Origin: an uncultured Isosphaeraceae bacterium
Lineage (GTDB): Bacteria; Planctomycetota; Phycisphaerae; Phycisphaerales; SM1A02
Assembly: GCA_964481025.1 (NCBI GenBank)
Contig: CAYZSH010000001.1
Span: 2,714 to 66,713 of the forward strand
DNA length: 64,000 nucleotides
Direction of reading: 5' to 3'
Shown: piece by piece, positions 24,404 through 33,881 of the stretch
How the letters are laid out: the number at the start of each line of letters is the position of its first letter
Numbering within the stretch: position 1 is the first letter of the stretch
Notes under the pieces: generated by a model
What the model was told of the DNA's origin: nothing
Databases searched by the model: none
The model's input: the letters and a program-made list of their open reading frames with translations, nothing else
Translations under genes and position numbers: made by a program

Positions 24404-25747
24404 TCAGGCCCCGGCGGTCACGGTGACCGGCACGAACTGCGGCTTGACGCGGGCCTCGAACTCGCCGCGGAACTTGTTCACGATGGTGCGGATCGCCCAG
24501 TTGTTGCCGTCGGCGAGACCGCAGATCGTGGTGCCGGGCGTCAGTCCCATCGATCCGGCGACCTCGAGCAGGAGGTCGAGGTCCTTGGTCGTGCCCGCGC
24601 CTCGCTCGATGCGGGTGATCAGCTTGAGGATCCAACCCGAGCCCTCGCGGCACGGCGTGCACTGACCGCACGACTCGTTCTTGAAGAACCGCGCGATGTT
24701 GCGGGCGACGGCCACCATGTCGGTGTCCTCGTCGAAGATCGTCGGACACGCGGTGCCGAGTCCGAGGACGTCGAAGCGACCGATGTCGAAGTCCATCGGG
24801 GCGTCGAACTGGTCGGGCCCGAGCACGCCCATCGAGACGCCGCCCGCGATCGCACCCTTGAACTTCTTGCCCTTCCGCATGCCGCCGCAGTGCGTCTCGA
24901 CGAGTTCCCGCAGCGGGATGCCGAGGCCGCACTCGAAGACGCCGGGACGCTCGACGTGCCCGGAGACACCCATCAGCTTCGGACCGTAGCTCGGCGGACC
25001 ACCGACGCTGCTCTCGACGCCGATCGACTTCCACCAATCGACGCCCTTCTCGATGATCGGGACCACGGCGGCGAGCGTCTCGACGTTGTTGACGATGGTC
25101 GGGCGACCGAAGAGTCCCTTGACCGCGGGGAACGGCGGCTTGATCCGCGGCCAGCCCCGCTTGCCCTCGACCGCCTCGAGCAGGCCGGTCTCCTCGCCGC
25201 AGATGTACGCACCCGCACCACGATGCAGGTGGCAGTCCACCGCGAAGGGAACCTTGCCCTTGAGCAGCCCCTGCTTGCCGAAGACGCCGTGCTGGTACGC
25301 CTCCTGGATCGCCCGCTCGAACACCTTCGCCTGATGGTGGTACTCGCCGCGGATGAAGAAGAACGCGGTGTCGAGCTGACACGCCCAGCACGCGATCGCG
25401 ATGCCCTCGAGCACCAGATGCGGATCGAAGTCGACGAGCAGGCGGTCCTTGAAGGTGCCCGGCTCGGCCTCGTCGCAGTTGATCGCGAGATAGCGGCGGC
25501 CACCGTCGGGAGCAGGCAGGAACGACCACTTGAGTCCCGCCGGGAAGCCCGCCCCGCCGCGACCGCGAAGCACCGCGGCCTTGACCTCGTCGACGACCTC
25601 ACCCGGCGCCCGGTCCAACGCCTTCTCCAACGCCTGGTAGCCACCACTGGCGACGTAGGCGTCCAGATCGACGGTGCGACGATCGGCCGGATTGCCCCAG
25701 GGGGCGGTCGGAATGCGCTTGGTCAGTACGGGCTCGGTGAGCGTCAT
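24404..25747 (-). CDS. nuoF: NADH-quinone oxidoreductase subunit F
   Basis: 447 aa with GRGGAGFPAGLKWSF (FMN/NADH site) and the 4Fe-4S motif ESCGQCTPCREG. Confidence 0.95.
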   Translation of the reverse strand: MTLTEPVLTKRIPTAPWGNPADRRTVDLDAYVASGGYQALEKALDRAPGEVVDEVKAAVLRGRGGAGFPAGLKWSFLPAPDGGRRYLAINCDEAEPGTFKDRLLVDFDPHLVLEGIAIACWACQLDTAFFFIRGEYHHQAKVFERAIQEAYQHGVFGKQGLLKGKVPFAVDCHLHRGAGAYICGEETGLLEAVEGKRGWPRIKPPFPAVKGLFGRPTIVNNVETLAAVVPIIEKGVDWWKSIGVESSVGGPPSYGPKLMGVSGHVERPGVFECGLGIPLRELVETHCGGMRKGKKFKGAIAGGVSMGVLGPDQFDAPMDFDIGRFDVLGLGTACPTIFDEDTDMVAVARNIARFFKNESCGQCTPCREGSGWILKLITRIERGAGTTKDLDLLLEVAGSMGLTPGTTICGLADGNNWAIRTIVNKFRGEFEARVKPQFVPVTVTAGA

Positions 25748-25797
25748 GGTGAGGTGCTGGCCGGTTCGGGGTGTGGGAGAAGCGGGTGGCGTTCGGT

Positions 25798-26004
25798 TCA
25801 GACTTCGGGGTCGGCGGGGCGCCGGATCTCGACTTCCTCGATGGTCGTGCGGCGAAGGACGACGTCGCCTCGTTCCTCGGTCTCGACCGTGCGTCGGACC
25901 TCGGTGCGGCTCGGCGAGGCGGGATCCGTCCGGACCCCCTTCACCACGTGCCCGACGAACTCGCCGAGCGACCGCATGATCGACTTGTCCTGGTCGCCGC
26001 TCAT
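25798..26004 (-). CDS. Small hypothetical protein (68 aa) embedded between nuoE and nuoF
   Basis: ATG lies 8 nt after the nuoE stop and the stop lies 51 nt before the nuoF start. It is on the same strand, with G/C-rich third codon positions and a charged, protein-like composition. I recognised no family. Confidence 0.45.
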   Translation of the reverse strand: MSGDQDKSIMRSLGEFVGHVVKGVRTDPASPSRTEVRRTVETEERGDVVLRRTTIEEVEIRRPADPEV

Positions 26005-26011
26005 CGATCGA

Positions 26012-26560
26012 TCAGTGCTCCGAGTCCCCGCCGCCCTGACGGACCTTGGCGATCAGCTGATCGATCGTCTCGATCGTGAGGTTCTCGTGGAGCGTCTCGT
26101 TGAAGAGCGCGACCGGCGCCGTGCCACACGAACCGAGACACTCGAGGGCGAGCAGCGTGAAGACGCCGTCTTCGGTGGTCTCGTGAGGCTCGATGCCGAG
26201 CGTGTCGCGGCAGTGATCGAGCAGCGCCTGATGTCCGCAGACCTCGCAGGCGATCGACTGGCAGATGCCGATCACGCACTTGCCGACCGGCTCGGTGGTG
26301 TATTCCTCGTAGAAACTGACCGTGTCGAGCACCTCGGCGGGCGTGATGCCGAGGAACGACGCGATCTCCAGCATCGCCTGATACGGCACGTGGCGATACG
26401 CGTGCTGCACGTCGTGCAGGATCGGCATGAGCGCGCCCTGCTTCCGCTCGTAGCGGGGCAGGATCCGCTCGGTCCAGTCCGCCTTCATGGCGTCGGTGCA
26501 CCACGGCTCGCTGCGGCGCTCGATCTGGGCGTTGCCGGAATCGACGACCTTCCAGGACAT
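26012..26560 (-). CDS. nuoE: NADH-quinone oxidoreductase subunit E
   Basis: 182 aa with 2Fe-2S ligand motifs CQSIACEVCG and LECLGSCGTAP. Confidence 0.95.
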   Translation of the reverse strand: MSWKVVDSGNAQIERRSEPWCTDAMKADWTERILPRYERKQGALMPILHDVQHAYRHVPYQAMLEIASFLGITPAEVLDTVSFYEEYTTEPVGKCVIGICQSIACEVCGHQALLDHCRDTLGIEPHETTEDGVFTLLALECLGSCGTAPVALFNETLHENLTIETIDQLIAKVRQGGGDSEH

Positions 26561-26635
26561 CGGGGGGCCTCTCGGGTTGCGGGCGTCGCCCGCCGGGACG
26601 GATGCGGCCTCGGGGCCGCGAGAATCGGACTTGGA

Positions 26636-27925
26636 TCAGCGGTCGAGTTCGGCGGCGATGATGTTCAGCGAACCGAGCACCGCCACCACGTCGCTCACGA
26701 GGTGGCCCTCGATGAGCTTCGCGAAGACCGAGTAGTTGATGAACGACGGCGGACGAGTACGGGCCCGCCACGGATGCTTGGTGCCGTCGGCGACGATGTA
26801 GTAGCCGAGCTCGCCGTTGGGGCTCTCGATCGAACCGTACATCTCGCCGATCGGGGCGTCGACGCCGCGGTTGTGCATGATCAGCTCGAAGAGCTGGATC
26901 GTGCCCTCGATCGAGCCGTAGACGTCGCTCTTGTCCGGGATGCGGAGCTTCGAATCGGCGACCACGTCGATCGGCCCAGACGGAATCGAGTCGATGAGCT
27001 GCTCGATGATCCGGACCGACTGCGTGAGCTCCTCGAGTCGCACGAGGTACCGCGAGAGCGAGTCGCCGTCGGTCGAGATCGGCACGCTGAACTTGACCGC
27101 CTCGGCGCCTTCCCCGTCCCAGTTGTCCGCGTAGCAGAGGTACGGCTCCTCCTTGCGGATGTCGCGACGCACGCCGCTCGCGCGGGCGACCGGACCGGAG
27201 AGGCTCCAGCCGATCGCCTCTTCACGGCTGATCGTGCCGACGCCCTTGAGACGGTCGACGAAGATGCGGTTGCGGTTGAGGCAGGTCTCCAGATCCTTCT
27301 GCGCCTTGGGAAGACGCGTGTGGATGAAGTCCTTGATCATCCGCTTGAAGACTTCCTCATCGGCGATGTCGCGCCAGGCGCCGCCGAGACGGGTCCAGTC
27401 GGGATGGAACCGCTGACCGGAGAGGTACTCCACGATGTCGTAGATCCGCTCCCGCTCGTTGAAGCCGTAGAGGAAGCCCGTGAAGGCTCCGAGGTCGAGC
27501 GCCGCGGCACCGATCGACAGGAGGTGGTCCTGGATGCGGCCGAGTTCGGCCATGATCGTCCGGACCGCCTTGCACCGCGGGGTGATGTCGATCCCGAACA
27601 GCTGCTCGCAGACCGTGTGCCACGCGATGTCGTTGACGATCGGCGAGACGTAGTTCATCCGGCTGATCGTGCAGACGTACTGGTTGTAGTCGTGGTGCTC
27701 GCCGAGCTTCTCGAAGCCCGAGTGCAGGTAGCCGATGTGCGGCGTGCAGCGGGCGACCCGTTCACCGTCGAGCTCGAGGACGAGACGCAGGGTGGTGTGG
27801 GTGGCCGGGTGCTGTGGACCGAAGTTCAGGACCCACCGATCGGCCGCCTGGACGTGGTCCTTGAGGTAGTCGGTGTTCTCGACGTCGAGGCCGAAGACCT
27901 CGTCTGGCTTCATCGTGTACGGCAT
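26636..27925 (-). CDS. nuoD: NADH-quinone oxidoreductase subunit D
   Basis: 429 aa with LNFGPQHPATHTTLRLVLELDGE, HIGYLHSGFEKL, and a C-terminal IIAAELDR. Confidence 0.95.
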   Translation of the reverse strand: MPYTMKPDEVFGLDVENTDYLKDHVQAADRWVLNFGPQHPATHTTLRLVLELDGERVARCTPHIGYLHSGFEKLGEHHDYNQYVCTISRMNYVSPIVNDIAWHTVCEQLFGIDITPRCKAVRTIMAELGRIQDHLLSIGAAALDLGAFTGFLYGFNERERIYDIVEYLSGQRFHPDWTRLGGAWRDIADEEVFKRMIKDFIHTRLPKAQKDLETCLNRNRIFVDRLKGVGTISREEAIGWSLSGPVARASGVRRDIRKEEPYLCYADNWDGEGAEAVKFSVPISTDGDSLSRYLVRLEELTQSVRIIEQLIDSIPSGPIDVVADSKLRIPDKSDVYGSIEGTIQLFELIMHNRGVDAPIGEMYGSIESPNGELGYYIVADGTKHPWRARTRPPSFINYSVFAKLIEGHLVSDVVAVLGSLNIIAAELDR

Positions 27926-28100
27926 GGGTCTCGCGGGCCCGGGGCTCGGTCGGAGGGGACCCGGACGGCTCGGCGTCCGGTCGGGCGATCAGTATAGAGG
28001 CCGAAGGGCCGTCCGCCCCGGTTCGATGTCGGTCCGACGAGAGCGTCTCGGATGCGAAGGTCACGGATCCGGCGATCCGACTCCCCCGCCGCCCTCCGGA

Positions 28101-29885
28101 TCACGCCCGGAACACCGCGCCGAGCCGCTTGCCGAGGAGGACGCTCGCCCCCGCCAGCGTGCAGGCCAGGAGCAGCATCGCCCAGGTGCCCATCGCCGCC
28201 GCGATGCCGGGGCCGTCGCCGAGACGCTCGAAGAGGACGTAGATCGCCTTGGTGATCGGGTAGTCGGCCTCCCGCTGGGCGAGGATCAGACTGTCACTGA
28301 CCTCGAGCATCGAGAAGCTGAACGCCAGCAGCGCCCCGGCCACGAGGTTCGCGGCCACGAGCGGCAGCACCACGCGACGAAGCACCATCGAGCGCCCCGC
28401 CCCGAGTCCGCGGGCGGCCTCCTCGAGATCGACCGGCGTCTGTTCGAGCCCCGCGACGGTCGATCGCACGACGTACGGAAGACGGCGCACCGCGTAGGCG
28501 ACCACCAGCAGCGGCATCGGATTCGGGTTCTCCCCGAGGACGTTCGCCGCCCAGGACAGCGGCCCGTCGTCGAGCGCCGAAACCAGCGATCCAGGCATCA
28601 CCGCCGCCAGCCACCCCGGCACTGGGCCGCGGAAGGGCCATTCGAGCGTCATCGCGACGTATCCGAAGGCCATGACGAGCCCCGGCACCGCCAGCGGCAG
28701 CATGCAGAGGGCGTCGAGCAGGGCCCGGCCCCGAAGCGTCGTGCGGACGATGATCCGGGCCGCCACGACGCCGATCACGAGATCGAGCAGCACCGCGACG
28801 CCCGCGAGTCCGAGGCTGTTGCGGATCGACCCGATCGCGAGCGGATGCCCGAGGGCCTCCTCGTAATTCTGGATCGTGAACGCTCGCGGCAGCACCGACT
28901 GGTACCACTGCCCTTCGACGGAGAGGCTCGCGAGGATGACACCGACGTGCGGGGCCGCCGCGACGCCGATGACCAGGGCGAAGAGGGCCGCCGTGCCCCA
29001 CCCCGCGAATCCGCGAAGCCGCGAGGACGAGTCGCCGCGGGAGGCCTTGGCACTCGCGCCGACGCCCTTCACACCCGGCAGGACGCGTCCCGCGAGGTAC
29101 AGCAGCACCGCGGTCGAGAGCATCACGACGGTGAGCGCGAACGGCTCGGCGCTCGTCTCCATCTGCTTGAGACCGTCGAAGATCTGCACCGGCGTCACCT
29201 GCCGGAACTCGAACATCAGCGGCGTGCCGAGTTCGGTGAAGCTCCAGATGAAGGTGATCGTGCCGCCCGCGAAGAGACCGGGCCGCACCAGCGGCAGCGT
29301 GATCCGGCGGAAGCGGGTCCAGCCACCCGCCCCGAGGTTCCGCCCCGCCTCGTCGAGCGCGGGATCGAGGTTCGCCAGCGCCGCGAGGAGATTCAGGTAG
29401 ATGATCGGATAGAGGTGCAGGGCCTCGACGACGATCACGCCGACGATGCCGCTGGCCCCGAAGAAGTCGATCGGCCGATCGACCCACCCCGCGTCGAGCA
29501 GCATGGTGTTGATCGCCCCCGCCCGGCCGAGGATGTGCTGCACGCCGATCGCCCCGACGAACGGCGGCAGAATCAGCGGGACGAGAATCAACGCCGAGAA
29601 CAGCCCCTTGCCGGGAAACTCATGACGCGCCGCCAGCATCGCCAGCGGCATCGCGACGATCACCGAGACGATCGTCGTCGCGGTCGCGATGATCAGGCCG
29701 TTGATCAGGCCGCCCCGCAGAAGCGGATCGGAGAGGACGTCGAGGACGTGGTGGAGCGTGAACCCGCCGTCCTTCGCGAGCAGGCCGCCGCGCACGGTCA
29801 GCCAGATCGGGTAGAGCAGCAGGACTCCGAGGAGCGCGAGCAGACTTCCGAGCAGCAGATACCGGCCTGGTGACGAGGAACGCAT
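28101..29885 (-). CDS. Two-domain ABC transporter permease (Fe3+/thiamine-type, FbpB/ThiP-like)
   Basis: 594 aa with about 12 TM helices in two tandem BPD_transp_1-type halves, each carrying an EAA-like loop (LDEAGRNLGAG..., LEEAARGLGAG...). Confidence 0.85.
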   Translation of the reverse strand: MRSSSPGRYLLLGSLLALLGVLLLYPIWLTVRGGLLAKDGGFTLHHVLDVLSDPLLRGGLINGLIIATATTIVSVIVAMPLAMLAARHEFPGKGLFSALILVPLILPPFVGAIGVQHILGRAGAINTMLLDAGWVDRPIDFFGASGIVGVIVVEALHLYPIIYLNLLAALANLDPALDEAGRNLGAGGWTRFRRITLPLVRPGLFAGGTITFIWSFTELGTPLMFEFRQVTPVQIFDGLKQMETSAEPFALTVVMLSTAVLLYLAGRVLPGVKGVGASAKASRGDSSSRLRGFAGWGTAALFALVIGVAAAPHVGVILASLSVEGQWYQSVLPRAFTIQNYEEALGHPLAIGSIRNSLGLAGVAVLLDLVIGVVAARIIVRTTLRGRALLDALCMLPLAVPGLVMAFGYVAMTLEWPFRGPVPGWLAAVMPGSLVSALDDGPLSWAANVLGENPNPMPLLVVAYAVRRLPYVVRSTVAGLEQTPVDLEEAARGLGAGRSMVLRRVVLPLVAANLVAGALLAFSFSMLEVSDSLILAQREADYPITKAIYVLFERLGDGPGIAAAMGTWAMLLLACTLAGASVLLGKRLGAVFRA

Positions 29886-29932
29886 CGGGCCGGGAGTCTA
29901 CCGCCAGCCCGCCGAGGCCCCCGTCCGTGGCG

Positions 29933-31486
29933 TCAGCCCGTCCAGTTGGCGAGCATCACGCCGATGTCGCTGCCGCCCACGGAGCCGTTGCCGTCGAGAT
30001 CGGCATCCGGATCCGAGGTGCCCCAGAGACTGAGCAGCAGCCCGAAGTCGCTGCCGTTGACGCGGCCATCGTCGTTGAGATCGCCCGGAATCGGCTCCGC
30101 ACCCGACTCGGGCAGCCACACCGCGATCGCCATGCGGGTCGTGACCGGCGAGGTATCGGCACGCTGGAAGCGAACCGCGTAGCTGCCGGGGGCGAGATCA
30201 CGGATGTGGATCAGCTCGGCGGGATCGACCCGACTCACGCTCCGCACGTTTCCACCACCGAACACCGCGGTGCCCGTCCCGGCGAGCGGCGTGAGCCCAC
30301 CCTTCGCGTCGATCGAGAGGACCTCGATGTCGATGTCGGGCAGGGTCGTGGACGTCCAGTTGGTCGGTGTGATCCGGTTCCACGCGGCACAGATCGACAC
30401 CTCGGCCGCGGCCTCGGTCAGATCGAAGCGGTGCCAGTAGATCTCCGATGCCGACATCGTCTCGTAGTCCCACGACGGGGCCGACAGCGTGGCTTCGGAC
30501 GGAACCGCGGAACCGCCGTCGTGCTCGAGACCCGTGTAGATGCGATGCGCCCGATCGATGTTCACGACACCCGCGCCGAACACGTCGTCGAGCGGGCGAT
30601 CGGTCACACCGCGCTCGACCTCGGGGGCCGGAAGATTGGTCCACGACTCGTTGCGGACGGCGCCCGCCATCAGCACCGCCTTGATGACCTGCGGCAGATC
30701 GGCGAGCGCGTTGGATGCGAGCTCCGGCGTGGTGTCGCGGGTCTCGTAGAGGAGCGCGGCGCATCCGCCGACGAGCGGCGTCGCGAAACTCGTGAAGTCG
30801 CCGGGGGCGACGATCTCGGGCTTCTGTCGTCCGGGCGCATCGGTGTTGGGGCCGGTGTCGTCACGACCGTGATTGCCGTTCGAAAGACCGACCGACAGTC
30901 CATGGAACATGCCCGCCAGCAACGGTTCGTTGGCGCTCGCGGCCCCGTTGTTCACCCCGACGACCCACATCGTGCGGAAGGCGTTCGCGGCGTAGTCGGC
31001 GCGACGCAGCAGTTCCTTGTCGGCGGTCGCATTGTCGAACGAGCCGATCCAGCTGTGATTGAAGACACGAAGCCCGGTCGGCGGCGATGCGGGCGGCGAC
31101 GCGGTGCCCTGCTTGAGGTAGCCGCTGAACAGAAACTGATTGACGTCCCAGAGATGCACGGTCGAGACGCCGGGCGCGGGACTGAGCGTCCGACCGTAGA
31201 ACCGCGTGGCCACCGTCGTCGCATGACTGCTGGTTCCGGCGGTGCCGCTCTGCTCGACGAACGAGACGCCGGCGAACTCCGAATCCGACTGGCTCGGGCC
31301 GTACCCCGGGTTGGGCACCTCCACCTGCCCGAGTCCGACGCCGGCGCCCGAGGGTGCAGCGGCGCCGAGCCGTTCGACCAGCGCGCGATAACCGATGTCG
31401 TCGAGTTCGTCGGCGACCGCGAAGGCCGGCGACAGCAGAACCATCGCCAGCGTGGCGGCTCGTCGGGGGATTCGGATCTGGATCAT
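29933..31486 (-). CDS. Secreted S8-family (subtilase-like) peptidase with C-terminal dockerin-like repeats
   Basis: Start at ATG 31486 ([23 protein letters not shown], a signal peptide). His motif [16 protein letters not shown] (oxyanion Asn), Ser motif [11 protein letters not shown]. The C-terminus is [44 protein letters not shown]. Confidence 0.78.
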   Translation of the reverse strand: MIQIRIPRRAATLAMVLLSPAFAVADELDDIGYRALVERLGAAAPSGAGVGLGQVEVPNPGYGPSQSDSEFAGVSFVEQSGTAGTSSHATTVATRFYGRTLSPAPGVSTVHLWDVNQFLFSGYLKQGTASPPASPPTGLRVFNHSWIGSFDNATADKELLRRADYAANAFRTMWVVGVNNGAASANEPLLAGMFHGLSVGLSNGNHGRDDTGPNTDAPGRQKPEIVAPGDFTSFATPLVGGCAALLYETRDTTPELASNALADLPQVIKAVLMAGAVRNESWTNLPAPEVERGVTDRPLDDVFGAGVVNIDRAHRIYTGLEHDGGSAVPSEATLSAPSWDYETMSASEIYWHRFDLTEAAAEVSICAAWNRITPTNWTSTTLPDIDIEVLSIDAKGGLTPLAGTGTAVFGGGNVRSVSRVDPAELIHIRDLAPGSYAVRFQRADTSPVTTRMAIAVWLPESGAEPIPGDLNDDGRVNGSDFGLLLSLWGTSDPDADLDGNGSVGGSDIGVMLANWTG

Positions 31487-31611
31487 CGGGGAGACTCCGT
31501 CTGGATGACGTCCCTCGACGATAGCCCGTCGGCCGACGAAGTCCACCTCGGACCCGGATTGCCAGGTCCGGGAACGCCGGGCCGGTGTCGATCCTGCGGC
31601 CGGTGAGCCGA

Positions 31612-32400
31612 TCAGCGCATCGCGGAGTCGCGACGGACGAGAAGTTCGACCCGCGCGTTCTCGCCGGGCTTGACGCTCATCGCTCGATCACGGCGCCGTG
31701 GCTCCGAGGTTCCCGAGGCGGTCACCCGCAACCGGTCCCAGTCGATCCCGGCCGCCGCGAGTCGCTCGGCGACCGCGGTGGCACGCTCGATCGCGATTCG
31801 GAACGCCTTCGCGGGATCCTTGAACGCCTCGACCTCGTCGGCGTGGCCGCGCACCTCGATCACGTTCTGGCGTCCGTGATGCCGGGCCGCGAACTCCGCG
31901 ATGATCGCGTCGGCGTCCGCCGCGGGTTCGAGCTGATGTCGTCCGAAAGGCACGTCCACCGCCTGCCCGAAGAAGTCGATGTCGCGTGGAGATCGCACCT
32001 CGGTCTCGGCGCCCTTGACGCCCGGATCGCTCGCGGTGCCCGCGCCTCGCTGCGCGATCGCGTTGAGCACCTCGGCGTCCTCCGGATCGTCTGGATTCAG
32101 CGGGTTGTGGAACGCGCGCCGCACCGACTCGATGAACTCGGGATCGATCTCGAGCGCCTGCGCCGCGACGCCTTCGGACTCGTCGCCGCCGCCGCCCGCG
32201 TTACCGCCCTTGGGTTGCACGTTGAGCGCGAACAGGATCACGAAGAATCCCATCAGCAGCATGACCATGTCGGCGAAGGAGATCAGCCACTCGGGGGCGC
32301 CGGCCTCCTCCTCCTCGTGACCTCCACCGCCGTGGCCTCCGCCGTGCCCACCTCCGTGGCCGTGGCCGCCATCGCCGTGCTTGCCGTGATCGTCGGACAT
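31612..32400 (-). CDS. motB: Flagellar motor stator protein MotB (OmpA/MotB C-terminal domain)
   Basis: 262 aa. The TM/plug region [22 protein letters not shown] contains the conserved Asp. A C-terminal OmpA-like domain is present (VRGHAD...[14 protein letters not shown]). It lies immediately downstream of motA. Confidence 0.85.
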   Translation of the reverse strand: MSDDHGKHGDGGHGHGGGHGGGHGGGGHEEEEAGAPEWLISFADMVMLLMGFFVILFALNVQPKGGNAGGGGDESEGVAAQALEIDPEFIESVRRAFHNPLNPDDPEDAEVLNAIAQRGAGTASDPGVKGAETEVRSPRDIDFFGQAVDVPFGRHQLEPAADADAIIAEFAARHHGRQNVIEVRGHADEVEAFKDPAKAFRIAIERATAVAERLAAAGIDWDRLRVTASGTSEPRRRDRAMSVKPGENARVELLVRRDSAMR

Positions 32401-32426
32401 CGCGGTCCTCTCCCTCGGGGGCGCGG

Positions 32427-33212
32427 TCAGGCCGCGAGCTTGAGCTTGCCCCGTCCGGTCTGCGGAACGAAGGCCAGCATCTTCTCGGTGGTGGTTCGCG
32501 GATTGTCACCCGCCTGGATGCTCATGACGCCCTGCAGCATCATCTCCTTGGAGAGGATCTCCTCGCCGGAGCGCAGGGCGAGCTTGTCGCCGATCGGACC
32601 CGCGACCGCGTTGGCGAGCACGGTGCCGTACATCGTCGCCGTCACCGCCACCGCGAGCATGCCGCCGAGTTCCTCGATGGATCCACCGAGCGAACCGAAC
32701 ATGCCGATCTGACCGATCAGCGTCGCCGCGAGGCCGTAGCCGGGTCCGTAGAGCTTGATGAGGTCGAAGAACTTCTTCCCCGCCTTGTGCCGTTCCTGCA
32801 TCGCCATGACCTCGAGACGCAGCGTGGTCTCGACGATCGCCTCGTCGGTCCCGTCCACCGCCATCTTCAGGGCCTGGGCGAGGAATGGATCCTTGATCTT
32901 CTCGACTTCGCTCTCGAGGGCGAGGATGCCGTCGCGACGAGCCTTGTCGCTGAGCATCGCCATGATCGACACGGTCTCGCCGACCGACTGCGACGGCTCG
33001 CGGAAGAACGACTTGATGTAGCCGGGGACCTGCAGCAGCTTGTCCATGGGCATCGCCATGAACAGCACGCTGATGGTGCCGCCGAACACCATGATGACGC
33101 CCTTCAAGGACCAGAACATCATGATGTTGCCGCCGTGGCTGAGCACGAGCATGACCGTCGCGCCGCACACGACGACGCCGAGGATGCTTCCGATCAGACT
33201 GGCCTTGTCCAT
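32427..33212 (-). CDS. motA: Flagellar motor stator protein MotA
   Basis: Start at ATG 33212 (MDKASLIGSILGVVV). 261 aa with 4 TM helices, a cytoplasmic loop, and the C-terminal MotA_ExbB region GPGYGLAATLIGQIGMFG...ATMYGTVLAN. Confidence 0.9.
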   Translation of the reverse strand: MDKASLIGSILGVVVCGATVMLVLSHGGNIMMFWSLKGVIMVFGGTISVLFMAMPMDKLLQVPGYIKSFFREPSQSVGETVSIMAMLSDKARRDGILALESEVEKIKDPFLAQALKMAVDGTDEAIVETTLRLEVMAMQERHKAGKKFFDLIKLYGPGYGLAATLIGQIGMFGSLGGSIEELGGMLAVAVTATMYGTVLANAVAGPIGDKLALRSGEEILSKEMMLQGVMSIQAGDNPRTTTEKMLAFVPQTGRGKLKLAA

Positions 33213-33425
33213 GCCTCGCTCCACCTCCCTGGTCCACCGCGACGTCGCACGGTGGGACGAGGAGCGCACGGCGTCCCTCGACCCTCGATCGATCGACCGG
33301 GAGGCAAACGATCTTGACCGGGACGGTGGACGTTCGATTCCACGTCCGCCGACGGCGCGGACCACGAGGATCGCGCCGATCCTGCAGGCGGGACCGGTTA
33401 TCGGGATTGGCGGTTCAGACGGACG

Positions 33426-33713
33426 TCAGACCGCGGCAGCACTGCGCTTGAGGGCCGCGGCGGGACGGAACGCGACGGTGCTCGACGCGGGAATCTCCAG
33501 CGTCTCGCCGGTGCGGGGGTTGCGGCCGGTGCGGGCGGCCCGCTCCTTTCGCTCGAACGTGCCGAAGCCGGCGATCGCGACGTTGCCATCACGATCGACC
33601 CCGTCGAGGATCGAGTCGAGCACCGCCTTGACCGCCTTCTCGGCGGCGGTGCGGGATCCGCCGAGTTCGGCGGCGACGCATTCGACGAGGTCACGCTTGT
33701 TCATCTGGCTCAC
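33426..33713 (-). CDS. HU/IHF-family nucleoid-associated DNA-binding protein
   Basis: 95 aa with MNKRDLVECVA...IAGFGTFERKERAARTGRNPRTGETLEIPAS..AFRPA. Confidence 0.92.
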   Translation of the reverse strand: MSQMNKRDLVECVAAELGGSRTAAEKAVKAVLDSILDGVDRDGNVAIAGFGTFERKERAARTGRNPRTGETLEIPASSTVAFRPAAALKRSAAAV

Positions 33714-33881
33714 TCCGGGTCTGTCGGGGGAGAGGTGGATCGGGATTGCGGAACCCTACCCGATCACCTTCTCGGCAAGCCAACGAGGATCGGACCGGCG
33801 GGGATTCGCCGTGGATGAATCGGCGACACCCCCCGCGGCGCCCCCGTCGGCCGCGATACGGCCCCTGCTAGCATCGCCGCC

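Noticed and set aside
23888-27997. 1369-aa plus-strand ORF, the longest in the track
   Set aside because: It is exactly antisense to nuoF, nuoE and nuoD, whose translations carry unmistakable conserved motifs. Its own translation is R/D/G/H/E-rich low complexity with no motif. This is a classic high-GC shadow ORF.
33326-33347. tRNA-like T-arm sequence (GTGGACGTTCGATTCCACGTCC) upstream of motA
   Set aside because: It contains a GTTCGATTCC-type loop. However, the flanking bases do not form a 5-bp T stem with a 7-nt loop. No acceptor, D or anticodon arms can be drawn in the surrounding 80 nt. It is most likely a chance hairpin.
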